From NCBI GenBank assembly GCA_028279685.1, contig JANQNG010000053.1, forward strand, positions 12,347 to 76,346: a stretch of 64,000 nt of DNA. Reading direction: 5' to 3'. A program made the translations under genes and the position numbers. Positions 55,214 through 64,000 of this stretch are shown in pieces. Source of the DNA: Candidatus Nanoarchaeia archaeon (GTDB lineage Archaea > Nanobdellota > Nanobdellia > Woesearchaeales > SKIA01). Each line of letters opens with the position of its first letter. The first letter of the stretch is position 1. A model generated the notes under the pieces. That model searched no databases. It saw nothing but the letters and a program-made list of their open reading frames with translations, and was not told the DNA's origin.

Positions 55214-56446
55214 GTGGACGCATTACTGTATTTGACAGGGATATCTATTATTCTTATCATTGGCATTTTTGCCACCGTTTTCTCGAATAAGCTAAAAATA
55301 GCCAATGTATTGCCTTTACTCTTAGTTGGTATTGCATTGAGTGGAGCAGGAGAGCTTTTTACCTTTTCAGAAACATTCCTTCTTGCCATGGCTATAATTA
55401 CTCTTGTTATGGTTGTGTTTGAAGGATCCTCAAAACTCAAACTTAAGGAGTTAGATAGTCTTTCCAATGATGCATTACGACTAATTATTGTATTTGTCCT
55501 TCTTAACTTAGTTATCATGACTGTTTTTACTTTTCTTCTCTTTTTTGCTACTGGTACCTTCTCTTGGGCTAATATTCTTGCCTCTGCAATCTTTTCTATA
55601 GCAATGACAAGTACTGATGCAGGAGCGGTAATGGTGATGTATAAGAATGCTTCAGGATATCGTCTTAATCATATCTTAAAACGCATCCAGATGGAATCGG
55701 TAGTGAACACTCCTATTCTTTTTATCCTTGTTTTCATCTTGCTAGATCTCATTACAGCAATGGGTAATAAAGGACAACTTAGTCTTCTCATTGTAGGAAC
55801 GGTATTAGCAAAACAAATAATTATCGGACTAGGGACAGGCCTCGTTATAGGAATTGTTATCTTTAAAATCATGAAAAAAATCTACTCTTCGCAACTTTCA
55901 CCAATTGGTATGATCGGTGCAATCCTTATCGCATATGTGCTTTCAGAGAATCTTGGAGGGGATGGGGTGCTTAGTGTTGCAACATTAGGTATCTTCTATG
56001 GTGCAGTCACATTACGACAAAAAGAAACATTATCATTCTTTAGTACCACCTTGTCTAATTTCTTTGAAATTTTTGTTTTTGTTTTTTTAGGGCTAATTAT
56101 TAAGATACCTTTGACTCTTGAATTCTTTCTGAAATCATTGTTACTTTTCATGGTGCTCCTTGTTGTTCGTTATATCTCTGTACGAATTTCTTACAAGAAG
56201 CATAATCTCACTAAGAAGGAGATGCTTTTCATTTCTACATCAATGCCAAAAGGAATCACAACAGCAGTATTGACATTTTCTTTCATGATATTGGGATTTT
56301 CTGGTGTAGATCAAATTATAAGTCTTATGTTTGCATCTATTATCTATTCAGTTATATTGAGTACCATTGTGCAGAAACTCAGTGGAAAGCTTATTGTTGA
56401 AGAACACCATGAGAAAACAGCTGAGAAAGATCATGTTGCTTCATAG
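55214..56446 (+). CDS. monovalent cation/H+ antiporter (CPA/NhaP-like)
   Basis: 10-12 TM helices, CPA1-like N-terminus; GTG start with AGAGGTG SD. Confidence 0.65.
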   Translation: MDALLYLTGISIILIIGIFATVFSNKLKIANVLPLLLVGIALSGAGELFTFSETFLLAMAIITLVMVVFEGSSKLKLKELDSLSNDALRLIIVFVLLNLVIMTVFTFLLFFATGTFSWANILASAIFSIAMTSTDAGAVMVMYKNASGYRLNHILKRIQMESVVNTPILFILVFILLDLITAMGNKGQLSLLIVGTVLAKQIIIGLGTGLVIGIVIFKIMKKIYSSQLSPIGMIGAILIAYVLSENLGGDGVLSVATLGIFYGAVTLRQKETLSFFSTTLSNFFEIFVFVFLGLIIKIPLTLEFFLKSLLLFMVLLVVRYISVRISYKKHNLTKKEMLFISTSMPKGITTAVLTFSFMILGFSGVDQIISLMFASIIYSVILSTIVQKLSGKLIVEEHHEKTAEKDHVAS

Positions 56447-58176
56447 GCTAGAGCGTAGAGTTCTGGATCGTGGGCAGATTTCTTCAAAACTGTACCGAAA
56501 GCAAGAGCAAGAAGAAACTGGGTTGATTTTCTTCCTTTGAGCATTCTTATAGTTCCTTTCCTAAGATTTTCATTATCCTTATATGTGTGAGGGTATCCGA
56601 ATTTACTATTCAAAATAGGATGTTCATAGATATTGAGAAGCATATCGAGCAGTCCGATTTTCTGTTCATTCTCTTTCATAACAAGATATTCAATAATCGT
56701 TTTGTTCTTTTTCGTAAGATCCTTATCTTTCTCAATATTCTTCACGAAGTGTAAAATCCAATTAGCCTTACTATTCTTCATACTATTTTTGAATTCTTCA
56801 ATAACATGTTCAGCATAAGCTATATCTTCATCATTGAATTCTTTCAGCCATTTGCATTTTCGTTTTACGGGGTCAATAAAAAACTCCTCTGAAGAGAGCA
56901 GAGACTGTTCTGCTGTCTCACTATGATAATATTGACAATGAAGAGCAATTTTGAGAAGGTTATTCCCAACCAGATTTGCAATGGCCCTTCGCTTAGTCTC
57001 TACATAAGGAAGAAGATGTTGATCTTTTTCCGGATTGTTTCGGATGTACCACTCCGCTGCCTTTACTCCAACATAACCTTTCAACGAAGTCTTAATCACT
57101 TTTGGATTCTCAAATGCTTTGTCCCAATCGATATAATGATCAAATCTTAAGACAGGGAGAAAGTGAGGAATTCTTCTTCCAACAGTATGAACAATCTTAC
57201 GAGCAACACGATATTGTTTGCTATCTCTTGGAAATCTTTTCTGGAACCATCTTCTCATCTCTCTTCCTTTACTGACTATAAATTTCTCATCCGCTATTTG
57301 AAGAGTACCATTATTGTTATAGATATCTCCAAGTTTTGTTATTAGTCCATCAAAGCGCTTTTTCACTCTCTCTATATGATCAACATAGATAATTTCCCCC
57401 TTTGCATTGAGAATTGGTTTTCTCCTTGGGAGATTGGATTCAGTCTCTTTGATAAATTCCATTGATTTTCCTGGTTGTGGTCTTCTATCGAGTACTTCGA
57501 GATTGCGTAAAAGTTTTTTGCTGTCGCTCTTGATAAACTTAAGTGCAGCTTCTTTGGAGAGATTCTCTCTTGCATAATCTCTGAGGTGTTTGATAATTTT
57601 GGCCACAGAGACACCTTCTTCTTCATCAATATCATGAAGAATGTCACTAATAATATTAATGTAATCAACGCTCTGTTCGTACTCTTTGCTATAGGTTCCT
57701 TCCTTGATAAGAATTTCTGCTGTCTTTATCGCAGATTCCATCTCAATGAGCGCTGTTTCAAGAACATGACTGAGATAATATGTTTTGTCGTTTCTTTCTT
57801 TGTATCCATGATTCAATGCAGCATAGCGTATTGTTTCAGCAATAAGCAAAATTTGATCCTCAGTGAATTGTGGTGCAATGTAAACACTACTTGGCGCTTT
57901 CTCAAACATGCTTTCCTCAGTTATTAATTCAAGAGGAGATAATTCCTGAGTCTGCTCATCATAGAGTTGCAGCGATTCTGAGAGTGTATCATTTTCATAA
58001 TCATCTGAGCTTATATCTTCAGTAGGAAGATGACGTGCAATCTCTCTTGAGAATAGAGATTTAGTATAGGTAACAATGAATTGATTATTTACTTTCCTGC
58101 AGTTTCTTAAGATGAGTTCAATAACAGAAGGGTTGATGCTGGTATAGTTAATTCGAGGATTGTCTAGCTTACTCAT
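56431..58176 (-). CDS. large hypothetical cytoplasmic protein (581 aa)
   Basis: No TM, no recognisable motifs. Confidence 0.4.
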   Translation of the reverse strand: MSKLDNPRINYTSINPSVIELILRNCRKVNNQFIVTYTKSLFSREIARHLPTEDISSDDYENDTLSESLQLYDEQTQELSPLELITEESMFEKAPSSVYIAPQFTEDQILLIAETIRYAALNHGYKERNDKTYYLSHVLETALIEMESAIKTAEILIKEGTYSKEYEQSVDYINIISDILHDIDEEEGVSVAKIIKHLRDYARENLSKEAALKFIKSDSKKLLRNLEVLDRRPQPGKSMEFIKETESNLPRRKPILNAKGEIIYVDHIERVKKRFDGLITKLGDIYNNNGTLQIADEKFIVSKGREMRRWFQKRFPRDSKQYRVARKIVHTVGRRIPHFLPVLRFDHYIDWDKAFENPKVIKTSLKGYVGVKAAEWYIRNNPEKDQHLLPYVETKRRAIANLVGNNLLKIALHCQYYHSETAEQSLLSSEEFFIDPVKRKCKWLKEFNDEDIAYAEHVIEEFKNSMKNSKANWILHFVKNIEKDKDLTKKNKTIIEYLVMKENEQKIGLLDMLLNIYEHPILNSKFGYPHTYKDNENLRKGTIRMLKGRKSTQFLLALAFGTVLKKSAHDPELYALAYEAT

Positions 58177-58297
58177 GATGTTAGAACGAGGAGAAACTTT
58201 ATATGAATTTCGCCAATCTTCACTTTTAAGTAAAAATTAATTGTAGATCATTTTGAGCACTCATTAACTTTAAAAGCAATAGTACTATTCTTCTCTT

Positions 58298-60052
58298 ATG
58301 AAACGTTCACCCATTATATCCGTATTAGGTCATGTTGACCATGGAAAAAGCTCTATACTTGATAGTATTAGAGAATCAAATATTTTAGCTACAGAGGCAG
58401 GAGCTATTACTCAGGCAATTGGTGCTTCCATCATACCTCTTGAAGTGCTTCAAAAAAAATGTGGATCATTATTAGGAAGTGTCAAAGGATTAGATATCCA
58501 AGGACTTTTGTTTATTGATACACCAGGACATGCTGCATTTACTTCTCTTCGTAAAAGGGGGGGAAATCTGGCAGATATTGCTATTCTTGTAGTTGACATC
58601 AATGAAGGATTTAAACCACAAACCATTGAAGCCATAGAAATTCTCAAGACATCAAAAACGCCATTTGTTGTTGCTGCAAATAAACTCGATCTTATTCCCA
58701 GCTATCGTCACAAAGATGAAAAGATTTTAGCGGATATCAAAGCACAAGATGAGAAAGTGACAAGTAGAGTTGAAACAAAACTCTATGAATTAGTTGGAAA
58801 GTTTGCTGAAATGGATTTGCAATCTGAACGTTTTGATCGTGTAGATGATTTTGCAAAACAGCTCGCCATCGTTCCTATTAGTGCAAAATTCGGCTGGGGA
58901 ATTCCAGAGCTATTAACTATACTTGTTGCATTAACAAAGAAATACCTTGAGGAGAATCTTGCATTCAATATTGAAGGTCCAGGAAAAGGATCTATACTTG
59001 AAATAAAAGAAGAGCAAGGATTAGGAAAAACATTGGACGTTATTATGTATGATGGACACATCAAGATCAATGACACTATTGTAATAGGAACACTTGACGA
59101 ACCTCTTGTAACACGTGTTAAAGCATTATTCGAGCCTGCTCCTCTTGCAGAAATGCGTGATAAAAAATCAAAATTCACCTCTATTAAAGAAGCAAAAGCC
59201 GCCACAGGAGTGAAGATAAGTGCTCCTGAATTAGATGGTGTTGTTGCAGGCATGCCTATACAAGTCGCTACGGAGAATATAGATGTTGTTAAGGAAGATA
59301 TTATGAATGAAGTTGAAGATGTGCTTATTGAGACAGAAGAATCTGGTATTATTATCAAAGCAGATAATCTTGGAAGTCTCGAAGGAATTATTCAATTATT
59401 GAATGAACATGATATCCCAATACGAAAAGCAATCATAGGCAACATCACAAAGAAAGATGTGCTTGATGCTGAGAGTAATGCAGAAGAAGATCCTTTGCTT
59501 GCAGTAATTCTTGCTTTCAATGTCAAGCTTGCTAAAGATGTGATAGTTCCTGACACAGTGAAAGTTATTACTTCTGATATTATTTATCGTCTACTGGATG
59601 ATTATGAAGAATGGAAAGAAAAGAAAACAAAAGAATTAGAGGAAAAAGAATTAGCTAAAATAACAAAACCCTGTAAAATTCAAGTATTATCTGGTTGTAT
59701 TTTCCGTGGAAGCAATCCTTGTGTTGCAGGTGTTGAAGTTCTTGAAGGTACATTGAAACAGCATATGAAATTAATAAAAAAAGATGGTTCTCGATTAACT
59801 GAAGTTAAAGAGATTCAGATGAATAAGAAATCGGTTTCCGAGGCAAAAGAAGGAGAGAAAGTTGCTGTATCAATGCATGGTGTTATGGCTGAAAGGCATG
59901 TCTTTGAGAATGATATCTATTATTCTGATGTCAACGAAGAAAACTTCAGAAATCTCAAAGCTTATGCTAAAAAGTTAGCTCCTAAAGAGAAAGATCTACT
60001 CAAGGAAATAGCGGCCATCAAACGAAAGGAAAATCCTTTGTGGGGAGTCTGA
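58298..60052 (+). CDS. infB: translation initiation factor aIF5B / aIF-2
   Basis: G1 GHVDHGKSS, G3 DTPGH, NKLD; domain order as in aIF5B. Confidence 0.92.
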   Translation: MKRSPIISVLGHVDHGKSSILDSIRESNILATEAGAITQAIGASIIPLEVLQKKCGSLLGSVKGLDIQGLLFIDTPGHAAFTSLRKRGGNLADIAILVVDINEGFKPQTIEAIEILKTSKTPFVVAANKLDLIPSYRHKDEKILADIKAQDEKVTSRVETKLYELVGKFAEMDLQSERFDRVDDFAKQLAIVPISAKFGWGIPELLTILVALTKKYLEENLAFNIEGPGKGSILEIKEEQGLGKTLDVIMYDGHIKINDTIVIGTLDEPLVTRVKALFEPAPLAEMRDKKSKFTSIKEAKAATGVKISAPELDGVVAGMPIQVATENIDVVKEDIMNEVEDVLIETEESGIIIKADNLGSLEGIIQLLNEHDIPIRKAIIGNITKKDVLDAESNAEEDPLLAVILAFNVKLAKDVIVPDTVKVITSDIIYRLLDDYEEWKEKKTKELEEKELAKITKPCKIQVLSGCIFRGSNPCVAGVEVLEGTLKQHMKLIKKDGSRLTEVKEIQMNKKSVSEAKEGEKVAVSMHGVMAERHVFENDIYYSDVNEENFRNLKAYAKKLAPKEKDLLKEIAAIKRKENPLWGV

Positions 60053-60090
60053 TTAGATATGTTTATATTATAGTGAGCACTCCCTCTTTT

Positions 60091-60465
60091 ATGAATTCGT
60101 TGGATGAATCTCTTGTTGTTTTTGAACTGGATACTAACCTAGCAGCTAGATCTTCCGCAACATTGCTTATTCTATATGAGATTAAAGATAACCAGTTAGT
60201 TACTGTCTACGACCCTAGAAAAGATGATGGAGAAATAGATTCTCCTAAAAATGAAAATGTAATGAGAATTATTAAAGAGCGAGGGGCTAAAGCATATGTG
60301 ATTAACTTGCCGTTATCTCGTCCAAAAGAAGTATTGGGACTTATATTGAACTTTGAAGATTATCGTGAATGGGGATGTTATGAATCATTAAATATGCATT
60401 TTTGGAGATATGATTTTGAACGTGAAGGAATAGAAGTTAAAGAAATGATATATTTGCCTAGATAA
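60091..60465 (+). CDS. hypothetical protein
   Basis: ORF-track 60040 start overlaps infB; Met at 60091 more likely. Confidence 0.3.
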   Translation: MNSLDESLVVFELDTNLAARSSATLLILYEIKDNQLVTVYDPRKDDGEIDSPKNENVMRIIKERGAKAYVINLPLSRPKEVLGLILNFEDYREWGCYESLNMHFWRYDFEREGIEVKEMIYLPR

Positions 60466-60466
60466 A

Positions 60467-61045
60467 TTATTGATCATAGTACCCTTCTTTTTCTGTGAGG
60501 TCTAGGAAGTCATGGAATATTCTCAGCAATTTAGGAAATGGCTTGAAGTATTTCTCTTTCTTTTTGATAATAAACTCTTTGCTCCATCCTTTCCATCGAT
60601 ATTTGAAGTTATATTCATACACTAAAGAATCCATTTGATCAATTGCCTTCGCAAACTTAGCTTCGATTGTTTTCATTTCTTCAAATTCATTGAAGAGCTT
60701 TATGAACTTATCACCAGTGTGTTTTGGTAGTTGAGGTTTGAGTTTTTTAGCAGCGAGAGCTTCCTTTTTCTCTTGATCAGGGTCATTTCTATCTGGTCTA
60801 AAAGGAGTATCTCCTGATTCAACCTCTACAAGATCATGATACATAAGAATCTCATAAACTTTTCGCCTATCAACTTTCTCATCTATCTCGTCAAAGAAAT
60901 AATCTGCCAACATAAGACAGCTCCAGGTGTGTTCAGCAGAACTCTCTTTCCTATCTCCTACATTAGCATCTCTATAGACTGATTTTAGTTTATTCACAAT
61001 CTCGAATTTAAGTAAGTCATCCATATATGCACTCATTGCCTTCAT
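60467..61045 (-). CDS. HD-domain phosphohydrolase (YfbR-like 5'-deoxynucleotidase family)
   Basis: SSAEHTWSCLMLADYF and LMYHDLVEVESGDTP (H..HD...D metal motif). Confidence 0.75.
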   Translation of the reverse strand: MKAMSAYMDDLLKFEIVNKLKSVYRDANVGDRKESSAEHTWSCLMLADYFFDEIDEKVDRRKVYEILMYHDLVEVESGDTPFRPDRNDPDQEKKEALAAKKLKPQLPKHTGDKFIKLFNEFEEMKTIEAKFAKAIDQMDSLVYEYNFKYRWKGWSKEFIIKKKEKYFKPFPKLLRIFHDFLDLTEKEGYYDQ

Positions 61046-61136
61046 TATAAAAATATTATTATTATGCTAGATAGTAATGTCTCAAACATAATATTATCAT
61101 AATCATCTTTATAAAATTCTAAATGCTCCTCAGCAT

Positions 61137-61931
61137 ATGAAACTTATCAAAATACCATTCAATGGAGCATCTATGAATAAGAGAGATGGACAAGAGTTGG
61201 CTCCTGATGCAATATGCAGTCATTTCGATGAAATGTATTGCAATGAAGTTGGCGTTAAGACAGACCCTTCTATTGCATCCATTGATATTGATAATAACAA
61301 TGTAGAAGAGAGTTTTCAATTGATAGAAAAAGAGTTAACAGAAATATTTGGGAAAGCTACAGAGAAGATATGTCTAATAGGAGGAGATCATAGTATTAGT
61401 TATCCTGCGTTTAGAGCATTCGCTAAAGGAAAAACTAGTCCAGGATTGATTGTGTTTGATGCACATCCTGATTGCATGCATGATTTCAAACCTCCAACTC
61501 ATGAAGATTGGCTCAGGGTATTAATTGAAGAGCAATCGATCAAACCAGAGCATATTATTCTCGTCGGTATAAGAAGCTGTGATAAACAGGAAATTGATTT
61601 TCTCAAAACGCATAATATTCGTTATTTCACAATGAAACAGATTGCTCAAGAAGGTATACAGCAGATTTGTGACATTATCATGGAGAATGCAAGACTCTGG
61701 AGTGATCTCTATCTCAGTGTTGATATTGATGCTGTAGATCCTGGGATGGCTCCTGGCACAGGATATTGTGAACCTGGAGGATTGGCTTCAAGAGAATTAC
61801 TCTACTGCATTCAGCGCTTACGATTGCTCAAGAATCTTTCAGCTGTTGATATTGTAGAAATAAATCCGAAAAGAGATATCAACGCTATGACATCTAAGCT
61901 CGGGGCAAAACTCATAAGAGAATTATTCTAA
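61137..61931 (+). CDS. arginase/agmatinase-family ureohydrolase
   Basis: GGDHSISYP, LIVFDAHPD, SVDIDAVDPGMAPGTG Mn-binding motifs. Confidence 0.8.
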   Translation: MKLIKIPFNGASMNKRDGQELAPDAICSHFDEMYCNEVGVKTDPSIASIDIDNNNVEESFQLIEKELTEIFGKATEKICLIGGDHSISYPAFRAFAKGKTSPGLIVFDAHPDCMHDFKPPTHEDWLRVLIEEQSIKPEHIILVGIRSCDKQEIDFLKTHNIRYFTMKQIAQEGIQQICDIIMENARLWSDLYLSVDIDAVDPGMAPGTGYCEPGGLASRELLYCIQRLRLLKNLSAVDIVEINPKRDINAMTSKLGAKLIRELF

Positions 61932-62164
61932 AGGTCATCGTCTTCGTCTTTTTCCTTGTTAGATTCTTCTATATCTTCGTTGTATCCTTTAACAAATCCT
62001 TCTTCTTCCGGGGATATCTCATCATTTCTACCTAAGTCTTCAGCACCCTCATCTTCATAGATTTCATGCTCTTCAGGCTCGTCGTCATACTCCATGAAGC
62101 GATTTTCGAAAATTTGCTTTAAATATTTTTTGGTTATCGCCGAGATTCTCTTAAAAATAGCCAT
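61928..62164 (-). CDS. small acidic protein (hypothetical)
   Basis: 78 aa, very E/D-rich C-terminal half. Confidence 0.3.
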   Translation of the reverse strand: MAIFKRISAITKKYLKQIFENRFMEYDDEPEEHEIYEDEGAEDLGRNDEISPEEEGFVKGYNEDIEESNKEKDEDDDL

Positions 62165-62260
62165 ATTATCGCAGTAAAGGCTTTATAACGCCAAAAAATA
62201 CAAATATTTAAAAAGTGATCACTCCTGCCAGAACATACTAATTCAATGGAAGGTGGTACC

Positions 62261-62617
62261 ATGTTGGTAGTTAAGTCGAAAATAAAAGATGTCGTAAAAA
62301 ACTGCAATGTAGCAGGTGATTTAGCCGATGCTTTGAGCAAGAAGCTAACTATGATGATTGAAGATGCTTGTAAGAGAGCCGATGAGAATGGCAGGAAGAC
62401 TGTTATGGCAAAGGATGTGCCCTTCTTCTTTACATGCAAAGGCAAAGCAAGCGACATGATCGTGGTTAAAAGCAAGCTCAAAGATGTTGCTAAGGGTTAC
62501 AATGTGGCTGGAGATCTAGCTGATGCCTTAAATAATGTTGCTGTCACTATGGTTGGCATGGCAGAAGAGAGAGCTGCTGGCAACAACAGAAAGACTCTTA
62601 TGGCAAAAGACCTGTAA
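62261..62617 (+). CDS. tandem (doublet) histone-fold protein
   Basis: Two about-55-aa halves each with helix-loop-helix-loop-helix pattern ending GRKTVMAKDV / NRKTLMAKDL; GGAAGGTGG SD before ATG 62261. Confidence 0.65.
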   Translation: MLVVKSKIKDVVKNCNVAGDLADALSKKLTMMIEDACKRADENGRKTVMAKDVPFFFTCKGKASDMIVVKSKLKDVAKGYNVAGDLADALNNVAVTMVGMAEERAAGNNRKTLMAKDL

Positions 62618-62671
62618 ATAGGTCTTTTTTTCTCTTTCTTTATTCCAAACATTTAAATATTACAGCTTCTC

Positions 62672-63190
62672 ATGCCCTCTAGAAGAGGTGTTTTTGAATT
62701 GACCATACCTGTGAGAGAAGTAATGACTAAGCATATCATCAAGCTTCCTGAAAGTTCTACTATCAGAGAAGCAGTAAAATTAATGGCTGAAAATCAAATT
62801 AGTTGTGTTCTTGTAGTCGATAAGAAAGGAAAACTGGCAGGTGTTTTCACTGAAAGAGATGTACTAGTTAAAGTTGCCCTGAAAAAAGCGAATCCTTCTA
62901 AAACAACTGTCGATAAGATCATGACAAAAAATGTTGAGACAGCATCTCCGGATGAAAGCATCTTCGAGATAGCAAAGCATCTTAGCAAAAGAAAATTTCG
63001 CCGATTTCCAATTGTAAAAAATGGAGATCTTAAAGGACTTATTACTGAAACAGATATTGTTCTCTTCTCCAATAAAGAAATGGAAAAACTAGTCAAGATG
63101 CAGAAGAGTCTCATTATTGTTATTTTCATTATGGCGTTGCTTATTCTGATATACAGCCTGAAAGTATTTCAGTATGCTGCTACGCTGTAA
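62672..63190 (+). CDS. CBS domain pair protein with C-terminal TM anchor
   Basis: Two CBS motifs followed by hydrophobic helix (LIIVIFIMALLILIYSL). Confidence 0.7.
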   Translation: MPSRRGVFELTIPVREVMTKHIIKLPESSTIREAVKLMAENQISCVLVVDKKGKLAGVFTERDVLVKVALKKANPSKTTVDKIMTKNVETASPDESIFEIAKHLSKRKFRRFPIVKNGDLKGLITETDIVLFSNKEMEKLVKMQKSLIIVIFIMALLILIYSLKVFQYAATL

Positions 63191-63291
63191 GTTGTATTAC
63201 TGCCCAGCGAAGTTATCTAATGTATATCGAACTACGACAGGACTCGATTCGAATAGCGAAGACACATAAGAACGGAGCGCAGTAATACAAC
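63191..63291. repeat. long inverted repeat / stable hairpin (possible ncRNA or terminator structure)
   Basis: GTTGTATTACTGC (63191-63203) is perfectly complementary to GCAGTAATACAAC (63279-63291); inner nested TATCGAA/TTCGAATA arms; sits between two convergent genes. Confidence 0.5.
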
Positions 63292-63336
63292 ATTGTAAAA
63301 GTATTACTACCCAACAAGCTCATAAGATGCTATATT

Positions 63337-63990
63337 TTATCTTACAGTAAACTTATGGACATCACGTCCAGAACAAAGATACAGATCCTTTCCAACTTTT
63401 GTCGCTGTGCTAAGACCATACATTTCATTTGGAATATTTAGTGTTCCTATGTAAGGATTGTCTGCTTTTGGAGCAATAACTTCTATTCTTCCAAATGGAG
63501 ATAGGCCAAATTCTCCATCATTTCTTTCAACATCAAGAAATAATAAGGAGATATCATTTAACTTAACTTCTCTATTATCTGGTATTGAATTCATTTCAAA
63601 ATCAAAACATCCGTATTTATTAGGCATATAACCGTTAGGTTTTTCAACTCCTTCTATCGTAATATCTCTACTTTCATTTAAATTTAATTCTAAATTGCTA
63701 TCTCCGAAGTGCAATATTAATCTTTTTTCATACAAAGTAGTTGAAGTTAAGTCCAATCCACTCCATTTTTCTAATAACTCTCCAAGAGGCATTTTTCCAC
63801 TGGACTTAGTTCCTTTTCTTGCTAATGAATAAAGAGTTAAATTATCAAAACTATGAAACCCCCCAAATGCTAAAATATTTTTAGAGTCCATACCAACAAC
63901 AAGAGGTCTTTTGGGATATATTCCTTTATCCATTATTCCAAGCTCTTTTTTTGTTGCCCAGTTGACATCACCGTCTTTATTAATTTTCAT
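63337..63990 (-). CDS. hypothetical protein
   Basis: 217-aa ORF near window edge; may extend beyond 64000. Confidence 0.35.
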   Translation of the reverse strand: MKINKDGDVNWATKKELGIMDKGIYPKRPLVVGMDSKNILAFGGFHSFDNLTLYSLARKGTKSSGKMPLGELLEKWSGLDLTSTTLYEKRLILHFGDSNLELNLNESRDITIEGVEKPNGYMPNKYGCFDFEMNSIPDNREVKLNDISLLFLDVERNDGEFGLSPFGRIEVIAPKADNPYIGTLNIPNEMYGLSTATKVGKDLYLCSGRDVHKFTVR

Positions 63991-64000
63991 AAGATTATGA

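Overview
AT-rich archaeal chromosomal window. Archaeal identity rests on aIF-5A, ribosomal protein L40e, aRF1, aIF5B/aIF-2, acidic ribosomal proteins P0/P1, diphthine synthase, a class-I CCA-adding enzyme, a doublet histone-fold protein and an intron-containing tRNA. Strong GGAGGTGA-type Shine-Dalgarno sites and leaderless-looking starts are both present. The small-genome, DPANN-like flavour is inference only.

Housekeeping content: a grpE/dnaK/dnaJ chaperone operon with a YkgJ-type CxxCxxCC gene translationally coupled between grpE and dnaK, an L1-P0-P1 ribosomal cluster, aRF1 with a nearby Mtq2/HemK-like glutamine methyltransferase, dph5, aIF5B, a site-2 protease, a SPOUT methyltransferase, two NUDIX genes, a Na+/H+ antiporter and an agmatinase-family gene.

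The dominant feature is a 21.9 kb gene (21309-43181) encoding a 7290-aa surface protein. It combines a signal peptide, an extreme density of N-glycosylation sequons, DUF11-like and W/C-motif repeats, a cysteine-rich module, a parallel beta-helix, a complete embedded subtilisin (S8) unit with its own I9 propeptide and PPC domain, roughly thirty cadherin-like NVNDAP repeats interrupted by PKD-like modules, thrombospondin type-3 Ca-binding repeats, a poly-Gly linker and a C-terminal TM anchor. It is flanked by a divergent ArsR-type regulator, a CARDB-repeat surface protein with a similar anchor, and a kinase-like/MGMT-like fusion protein. Two further secreted Ca-binding repeat proteins (8110-9303, 12564-14693) are nearby.

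Smaller oddities: a Lys-rich tandem-repeat basic protein behind a palindromic operator, a palindrome upstream of grpE beside a divergent wHTH regulator, an identical 20-mer downstream of two genes (possible terminator or leaderless dnaJ promoter), a small basic-peptide/acidic-protein operon, and a long inverted repeat at 63191-63291.

No CRISPR array and no obvious transposase were seen.
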